Shown one piece after another: positions 48,219 to 54,661 of a stretch of DNA of 54,661 nucleotides. Position numbers and translations under genes: made by a program. This DNA is from Phycisphaerales bacterium (GTDB lineage Bacteria > Planctomycetota > Phycisphaerae > UBA1845). A model generated the notes under the pieces. That model had not been told where the DNA came from and did not search any database. It saw nothing but the letters and a program-made list of their open reading frames with translations. Positions within the stretch are counted from its first letter, which is position 1. Each line of letters opens with the position of its first letter. The stretch lies in NCBI GenBank assembly GCA_030631415.1, contig DAOVLE010000002.1:1-54661 (forward strand), read 5' to 3'.

Positions 48219-49082
48219 ATGGCTGTTTGTTTCTTCGTATCCGACTTGCACGGTCAGATGGATCGTTACCTCACCCTGTTTAGCCTGATCGCCGGCGAGA
48301 AACCAGCCGCAGTGTTTCTGGGCGGCGATCTGTTTCCAGGCGGGCTATCGGCGATCCGCACGTTGGATGTTGCGCATCGCGACTTCGTCAACGACTTTCT
48401 GGTGATGCACCTGGACAAGCTGCGGCAATCACTGGGGCAGGCCTATCCGCGCGTCTTCGTGATTCTCGGAAATGACGACAGCCGCTCGGAGGAAGCGGCG
48501 ATCCTCGAAGCGGCGGCACGGGGCGTTTGGGAATACATGCACAATCGCCGAGCGTCATTCGGCCAATACGATGTGTACGGATATGCCTATGTCCCGCCGA
48601 CGCCGTTCCTGCTCAAGGATTGGGAACGGTACGACGTTTCGCGTTACGTCGATCTCGGCTGCGTATCGCCGGAGGACGGCCGGCGTTCGATTCCGGTGGC
48701 TGAGAACGAAGTGAGGCACGCAACGATCCAGAAGGACCTCGAAAGGCTCGTCGGCGACTCCGATCTCAGCCGAGCGGTGTTGCTGTTCCACTCCCCACCG
48801 TACAAGACGAGTCTTGATCGGGCGGCGTTGGACGGGAAGATTGTAGACCATGCGCCGCTGGACGTGCACGTCGGCAGCATCGCAATTCAGCGATTGATCG
48901 AGCAGCGGCAGCCGTTGATCACGTTGCACGGTCACGTGCACGAGTCGGCGCGGTTGACCGGTGCGTGGTCGGAGCGGATTGGTCGAACGCATTGCTTTTC
49001 GGCGGCCCACGACGGGCCGGAGTTGGCACTGGTGCGTTTCGACCCGGATGATCCGACGAACGCGACGCGCATGCTTATGTAG
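48219..49082 (+). CDS. Calcineurin-like metallophosphoesterase
   Basis: SDLHG, GGDL, GNDD, HSPP, HGHVHE. Confidence 0.9.
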   Translation: MAVCFFVSDLHGQMDRYLTLFSLIAGEKPAAVFLGGDLFPGGLSAIRTLDVAHRDFVNDFLVMHLDKLRQSLGQAYPRVFVILGNDDSRSEEAAILEAAARGVWEYMHNRRASFGQYDVYGYAYVPPTPFLLKDWERYDVSRYVDLGCVSPEDGRRSIPVAENEVRHATIQKDLERLVGDSDLSRAVLLFHSPPYKTSLDRAALDGKIVDHAPLDVHVGSIAIQRLIEQRQPLITLHGHVHESARLTGAWSERIGRTHCFSAAHDGPELALVRFDPDDPTNATRMLM

Positions 49083-49118
49083 CGTCGTCGATCGGTTTCA
49101 TCAGCGGCGGGGGGGGGG

Positions 49119-49354
49119 GGAATACTCCGTGAACCCGTGTCTTGGGTGGCACGGACAAGTCCCGCCAGCCGGTCAACGCTACGACATGGCAGAGGGGGCT
49201 TCGAGGCGGGACTTGTCCGTGTGGACACCCGACACCTTTCAGCACGGACAAGGCCCGCCGCGAGCATCCTTGGGCACTTCGTGGCGTGGTCCGCAAGCGG
49301 GCCTTGTCCGTGCCACCCGACGCTATCACGTAGACGGGGTTACTGAATGCATAC
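49119..49354. mobile_element. Degenerate second MITE copy carrying a GGGTGGCACGGACAAG REP doublet
   Basis: Ends GGAATACTCCGTGAACCCGTG and ACGGGGTTACTGAATGCATAC resemble the TIRs of 40409-40663. Internal inverted REPs at 49144-49318. Confidence 0.55.
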
Positions 49355-52300
49355 GCAACGGGCGGGCGGCGTCGGTGACGGCGTCGATCTTGACGGCGTA
49401 ACTCGTGCGCGCGGCGATGTCATCATCCGTCACAACGTGGGCATCGAGCAGGCCGTCAGTCTTGTAGCCGGTGCGCAGGTAGTTCATCTCGCTGAGGCAC
49501 AGGCTCCAGCCCTCCAGCCATTGCTCCAACGCCGCTCGCTGCTCGGGCGAGCCGCGGAAATGAATCAGGACGTCGATGTCACTCGCCGGGCCGGCGGTGG
49601 CGTTCTTGGTGCTGCCGAAGACATAGAAACCGTGCACGCCGAACCGGTCGGGGCTCAGTTGAGCCGCGATGCGCTCCACCATACGCAGCCGCCAACGCCA
49701 ATGTTGGGCACGTTGCGGCTCGGTGGCAGTTTCGATCTCATCCAACGAATCAGTCTCCGCCCCGGGCGGGATGAGGACGCCAACAGCCTCGCCGAGGTCG
49801 GCGTTCATGAGAACGCGAAGCACCTGACCGTCGGCAGCCTCCGGCACGTCGATCACGTGAATGACGCCGGCCAAAGCAGCGTACTTTGGCGCGACGCCCG
49901 CCAGAATATTATGCGAACGTGTCAGGAAACGATCATTAAACAACACGCCATCTTCGTCCGGGTAGAGCGGCAGATAGCGGATGGAGGCTTCGACCAGGTC
50001 CTGGAAGAAATGCGTGCCGAACGACAGGTCGGGAGTGTAGTCGCCTTTCTTCCGCGCGATCTCGATCAGCATGGCAGTGTTGTTGATGTCGGAGTAGGTA
50101 ATCTGAACGCCGAGCTTGACATCTCCACGACTGCCCCAGCGGCCAGGCCCCATCAGAATGAACTGGCGTTTGGGCAGCAGTTGGTTAAGTTTGCCGACAG
50201 CACGGCCTACAGCGGCGAGGTCATCGAGACTGCCCAACTGACCATATGTTTCGGGATTCACATAAACGATGTGCGTGATGTTGGGCACACTGCCGTTGGA
50301 CACGTGGCGGTTGGCGGAGAAGACGACCCGGTCTTCGGGAATATCGCGCGGAATCGCGGCGGGGGCGCAGTGTTTGGTCGCAGCCTGCGCACGGCACTGG
50401 AGCAGGTACAGGTCTTTGCCGTTTGAAGCGAACTCGATATCGACCGGCGCGTGCATCTCCTCCTGGAGCAGTTCCAACAGCGCCTGAGCCTGTTTGAGAA
50501 ATGGGGTCCGCGTCAGCAAACCCTCGAACGTAACGATCGGATCGTCCCGCTCGAAGTCGACCTGGCCAAGCATCGGCTGGCGCAGGTTGCCTTGCTCGAA
50601 AAGCGAGATCAGTTGTTCGATATTGGGAATCTGATCACCATATCCGCGCAAGAAGTCGCCGACCTCGACGGTTTCAAGCTTCCTGGTATCGATGTTGATC
50701 ACGTCCATATACTTCGGAGAGTACCTAACGGTTTCCTCAGGCGTTGCGTTGGTGCGCAATCCCGGTTGGCCTGGGGAAACGAGGATCGGGTAGTCGTCGC
50801 CGAGCCGGTCGACGGCTCGCGTGCCCAGACCAGGAACCATGCGGACCAGGCCATCCTCGCGCTTGATGCGTGGCGACCAACGGAATTCGTTGTGGCTGAA
50901 GGCGACGCCGGCGAAAGCAGGCAAGAAGTAATGGCCGACCTTCGTGCCTATGACCTCCTGAATCAAAACCCCCATGCCCTCCTGGAAGTCCAGCAGGTTT
51001 CGTTCGGCCCGATACTCGATCGGATCGGGGCTGAAGGTCGTGGCGTAGACCTCGGTGATCGCGTCCATCAAGGCGTTCAGGCGTTCCTGCTTGGTGCCCC
51101 GATTGGCGAGAAAGAGGCTCTTATACTTGCCGGAGAAGGCGGCGCCGAAACGGTCTTCCAGCAGGCTGGAACTGCGAACGATCAGCGGGTGGTCGCCGAA
51201 ATCGTCCAGCGCCATCGATAGGCCCTTGATCACATCAGCCGAGAACGTGGAGTGTTTGAAGACCTGGACGATATCCGGGTATTCCTGACGGATCTCGTCG
51301 ATCTCCTTGTACTTCTGCATGAAGACATCTTCGAGGTGGTTGCAGTATACGAAGTCCTGCAAACCGTCGGAGGTGAGATACCATGTCTTAGGCGTTTTCA
51401 CCTGGGCAAGCAGGTCACCCTCCTTGCTGTGGCGGCGCAGGATGCTGGCAGCCAAAAAGATCCCGGCTCCCTTGCCGCCAACCTTGCCATGCCCGCGGGT
51501 TGGGAAGATCATCCGTTGTATCAGGTCGTGAAAATCGACGATGTCGACGTAATTCTTGGCGACGTTGATGTATTCGAGCTGGTCCGAGAGGAAACGACGG
51601 ACCAGCGACACGCGCAGACCCTTTCGCGTGGACGTCGAAAGCTCGACCTCTCCGTGCGAGGAGTGCTGATAGCGGTGGATGGCATCGCCCACCTCCGACA
51701 ACGACGTGTGGTGATTCTCCAGCGCGTTCACCAGGAAGCTGGCCCGATCCTGCTTGATCCACGCGTGAATGCAGGAAACGATCTCCTCATCACTGAGATG
51801 CTCGCCGGCGACCTTGAATACCTCGTCGGCCAAGGCTGTGCTGGTCGGTAGTTCACGCACCTGCCGCGGCTCGTTCGAGTCGAGAAACACGTCGCGTTCC
51901 TCAGGTCGATCACCAATACCGAAACGTTGCAGGAGCGCGTTCGCTTCCTTGACGCCGCTCCAACACAGATGGTTGATCATCTTGCGGGCGATGCGCATGA
52001 GCAGGCTCTGGTCGGTGCTCCGGAGCAGTTCGAGGATTACGGACCATTCGTGCGTTGATCGCCTTGACGCCTCCTTCTGCACCGATCGCCATTCGCGCAT
52101 GGAGTCCATCAGGCGCCGGTGCGTTATGCCGTTGCCGATACGGTCGGCAATCGTATCGATCAGCTTACGCTCCTCCCGCAGGAAAGGCCCCTCGCCCGCC
52201 TGGGGCATCTCCTCGGTATAGAAAACCTCGAGCGTTCCGCCCGGTTCACCGTAAACCAGAACCGGGGCGCTGAGTTTCCAGGAAGACTCGGCAAAATTCG

Positions 52301-52547
52301 GAGATTCGTAGGTTTTCGCCTCGTACGTGATGCGGACTTGACAGATGTCAGTGTACTGCCATCCGGGCGGAATGGCCTCGATCACCCCGCGGAACACCTG
52401 TTCGAGCGGTAGGCTGGAATCACTGAACAACTCCTCGATGCGGTAGAGGCAGTTAAGCTCCTTGGACCGTTCCTGGAGCGTCTTGAAAAGGCTCGCGACC
52501 GTGTCGTCGGAGTTGGGCATGGTTGTTCTCCAATGGCCCTGGCTCAC
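49326..52547 (-). CDS. PEP/pyruvate-binding (PPDK_N) domain protein with N-terminal GAF-like segment and C-terminal nucleotidyltransferase
   Basis: ERSKELNCLY..IPPGWQY, GKVGGKG, VRSSSLLED..FSGKY, GLGTRAVD, DIEFA, GPGRWGS, SFGTHFF, VFGSTKN...SDIDVLI. Confidence 0.88.
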   Translation of the reverse strand: MSQGHWRTTMPNSDDTVASLFKTLQERSKELNCLYRIEELFSDSSLPLEQVFRGVIEAIPPGWQYTDICQVRITYEAKTYESPNFAESSWKLSAPVLVYGEPGGTLEVFYTEEMPQAGEGPFLREERKLIDTIADRIGNGITHRRLMDSMREWRSVQKEASRRSTHEWSVILELLRSTDQSLLMRIARKMINHLCWSGVKEANALLQRFGIGDRPEERDVFLDSNEPRQVRELPTSTALADEVFKVAGEHLSDEEIVSCIHAWIKQDRASFLVNALENHHTSLSEVGDAIHRYQHSSHGEVELSTSTRKGLRVSLVRRFLSDQLEYINVAKNYVDIVDFHDLIQRMIFPTRGHGKVGGKGAGIFLAASILRRHSKEGDLLAQVKTPKTWYLTSDGLQDFVYCNHLEDVFMQKYKEIDEIRQEYPDIVQVFKHSTFSADVIKGLSMALDDFGDHPLIVRSSSLLEDRFGAAFSGKYKSLFLANRGTKQERLNALMDAITEVYATTFSPDPIEYRAERNLLDFQEGMGVLIQEVIGTKVGHYFLPAFAGVAFSHNEFRWSPRIKREDGLVRMVPGLGTRAVDRLGDDYPILVSPGQPGLRTNATPEETVRYSPKYMDVINIDTRKLETVEVGDFLRGYGDQIPNIEQLISLFEQGNLRQPMLGQVDFERDDPIVTFEGLLTRTPFLKQAQALLELLQEEMHAPVDIEFASNGKDLYLLQCRAQAATKHCAPAAIPRDIPEDRVVFSANRHVSNGSVPNITHIVYVNPETYGQLGSLDDLAAVGRAVGKLNQLLPKRQFILMGPGRWGSRGDVKLGVQITYSDINNTAMLIEIARKKGDYTPDLSFGTHFFQDLVEASIRYLPLYPDEDGVLFNDRFLTRSHNILAGVAPKYAALAGVIHVIDVPEAADGQVLRVLMNADLGEAVGVLIPPGAETDSLDEIETATEPQRAQHWRWRLRMVERIAAQLSPDRFGVHGFYVFGSTKNATAGPASDIDVLIHFRGSPEQRAALEQWLEGWSLCLSEMNYLRTGYKTDGLLDAHVVTDDDIAARTSYAVKIDAVTDAARPLRMHSVTPST

Positions 52548-54292
52548 TCATGCAGAATCACGCCGCAGCCCGTGCGACCGTCGACCATGGCACGCAACGG
52601 CTGCGGCGCCTGCACATGCCGGATGAATTCAGTCTCATTAAGCGCGGGCAATTTATCTATCCAGCCCCAGTCGATTTCGTAGGGGCCGCTGTGGCGCACC
52701 GTGAAGTACTGCACGCGAAAGCTGGTCATGTTGTGGAAGAAGTGCGAACCCTGGCTTGCATCCACGTTCATTTCCGGCAAGGTGGCCTCGACGATCACCC
52801 GCGCCCCGGAAATCTGCGGCCAAGTGACGGGAATCCCCAGCCACGGGTCGCTACTGCCCCAACGCCCGAAACCCATCAGGATATACGAACGTCCAGCGGC
52901 AACGAGCGACCTGTTGATCGTTGCCAACTCATTTGCGATGGCTGACGTGTGCTTGGCATCGAACGTCGTCGGTTTGACGTAAACGACGTCGTGCAGGGCA
53001 TCGTACACGCCGTTGCCAAGCACCGTTTCCGTCGCGACCAGCGCTCGCTCGCTTTTCAGAAGCTGTTCGTCAACCTCCACAAGCTCGTCGGAAACCAGTG
53101 TCGGCCGCAGTTGCAGAAAACCGAAACGGGCGGGCAGGCCATGCCGCGAGTCGAGCGTCATCGCAAACTCGATCTCAACATCAGAGCCCACGGCGTCCTT
53201 ACACACAGCCGAGAGCTTCTTGACGATGCGGTTAAGCGGAACATCTTCGAGTTCGAGGACGGGGGCAAACGTCAGCACGCGGGGGCCGGGATTTCCGATG
53301 CCCATTGTGAGGCGGTCGGACCCGGCGTTGTAGGTTGAGGCAATGGGCTTCAGGACGTCATCGTCTTCGGCGTCGGTCAGCGAACCGCGCACAAGGTACT
53401 CGGTCTCGGCGATGGGGTCGTAAGCGGGTGCCGGTCCCATGTTGACGGACCAGAATTCGGTCTGGGTGTTCTTCACAAGGTCTCGGACCGATCCGAAGGG
53501 CGGGCTGTGCCGGGGAAACGCCGGCGCATACGTCCAGTTTACGCCGCCGTCGACGATCGTCTTGCCCAGCCCGAGTGCCAGGTTGACCACGCCGTCTTTG
53601 GGCCGACCCGGTCCCATCGGATAGAAGTTGTACGTCCGGATAACCCCGGAAATCGTCGGGTAGAAGCGTTCGCCAAAGCGCTGCCCGACAACCTCCTGAA
53701 TGATGACCGCCATACGTTCCAGTTCACTGTTCCGCCCGATGGCTCGCATGTAGCTCTTGGCGTCGCGAAAGAAAGTTGAGGCATAGACGAACTTGATGGC
53801 TTCAACCAGCTTGCGGAAGCGCGTATCGACGTTGGCCTGGTTGTTTGGGATCATCTTCGTGGCATACGTCCCGGCGAACGGATGGCTTAAGGCATCTTCC
53901 AGCAGGCTGGACGAGCGGATCGCCAACGGTGTGTGCATCTCGGCGATCAACGCTCGCAAGTCGCCGACGATCAGCGGCGGCAATTCGGCTTTTTGGAAGG
54001 CGTGTCCAATGCGTTCGTCAGGCGCGTCGGACAGGGCGACCTCGTAGAGGTCGTTCTGCCGCATAAACTGCTCGAAGACGTCGGTGGCGACCACCGTGAG
54101 GGTGGGGATGCTGATTCCCACCCCGGGGAAGGCGTCGGGTGGGCAATGTTCCGCAATGATCTGCTTGATAAAAGCCAGCCCCTTGGCTTTGCCGCCTAGT
54201 TGACCGGTGCCGATGACCGTGAAGTTCTCGTCGGAGGCGAGGAACTTCCGGTCGAAGGCCGGGTACAAGCTATCTGCCTCAGTCTGCGACAT
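52544..54292 (-). CDS. PEP/pyruvate-binding (PPDK_N) domain protein, paralogue
   Basis: GQLGGKAKG, IRSSSLLED..FAGTY, GLGKTIVDG, EIEFA, GRWGS, SQGSHFFHN. The stop overlaps the next start (ATGA). Confidence 0.88.
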   Translation of the reverse strand: MSQTEADSLYPAFDRKFLASDENFTVIGTGQLGGKAKGLAFIKQIIAEHCPPDAFPGVGISIPTLTVVATDVFEQFMRQNDLYEVALSDAPDERIGHAFQKAELPPLIVGDLRALIAEMHTPLAIRSSSLLEDALSHPFAGTYATKMIPNNQANVDTRFRKLVEAIKFVYASTFFRDAKSYMRAIGRNSELERMAVIIQEVVGQRFGERFYPTISGVIRTYNFYPMGPGRPKDGVVNLALGLGKTIVDGGVNWTYAPAFPRHSPPFGSVRDLVKNTQTEFWSVNMGPAPAYDPIAETEYLVRGSLTDAEDDDVLKPIASTYNAGSDRLTMGIGNPGPRVLTFAPVLELEDVPLNRIVKKLSAVCKDAVGSDVEIEFAMTLDSRHGLPARFGFLQLRPTLVSDELVEVDEQLLKSERALVATETVLGNGVYDALHDVVYVKPTTFDAKHTSAIANELATINRSLVAAGRSYILMGFGRWGSSDPWLGIPVTWPQISGARVIVEATLPEMNVDASQGSHFFHNMTSFRVQYFTVRHSGPYEIDWGWIDKLPALNETEFIRHVQAPQPLRAMVDGRTGCGVILHE

Positions 54293-54661
54293 GGCGGATT
54301 CCATCCGTTTGACGGCCGGCACGTCAACTGGGTGCCACGGCGGTGCGAGAATCAGCATTTTCGCCGATTCCCGATGGTGCCGGCCAACCCGAGGATTCTA
54401 GCACAGCCTCCGAGGACCCGCCATCGGGACCCATCCGCCGACCAGGGTATGACCATTTTTTGTGGCATAAGGCGGGTGGCGGGTGGCCCATCGCTTTAGC
54501 GGTGGGGGACGCGAATCCTGACGCGATTCCTGTTCCCCAGGGCGAAAGGTGCTGTCGATTAAATCGTCCGTGGCGATTCCCAATGTAGCGTCACCCCTTG
54601 TGGGTGACGAAAAACACGGGTGCGCCGCCCACAAGGGGCGACGCTACAGACTAAATCGACA

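Noticed and set aside
49109-49120. Poly-G tract as a phase-variation switch
   Set aside because: It lies between convergent gene ends, not in a promoter or ORF, and may be a sequencing artefact.

Overview
GC-rich bacterial chromosomal window, probably Planctomycetota/Phycisphaerae. That assignment is inferred from the dockerin-tailed Cys/Asp-repeat secreted proteins, a PEP-CTERM protein, a Hanks-type kinase and a short MnmE-like GTPase. Housekeeping and metabolic genes include hcp, a split RND efflux pair, a Kef antiporter, cheV, a cyclophilin, an HD-GYP protein, nrdR, nusB, ftsY and an M3 peptidase. They are interspersed with small accessory inserts: a truncated IS110, an orphan DNA methyltransferase, two complete toxin-antitoxin pairs, an FRG gene, an MNT gene with a cut-off partner, and a HEPN pair. 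Most intergenic gaps carry REP/REPIN-like palindromes or heptamer tandem repeats. Most notable observations: (i) a nested MITE with GTAA-type ends and a perfect 8-bp target duplication inside a REP, with related ends elsewhere; (ii) an IS110 remnant inserted in a REP and framed by ~190-bp inverted repeats; (iii) a mostly synonymously diverged duplicate of the last 153 bp of the RND gene flanking a VapBC module; (iv) unusual protein architectures, namely ParA-CBM48, dead-RluA fused to an rRNA methyltransferase, a tandem PPDK_N pair with a nucleotidyltransferase, and a four-repeat lipoprotein. No tRNA, rRNA, CRISPR array or reverse transcriptase was seen. All calls come from motif recognition by eye, without database searches.
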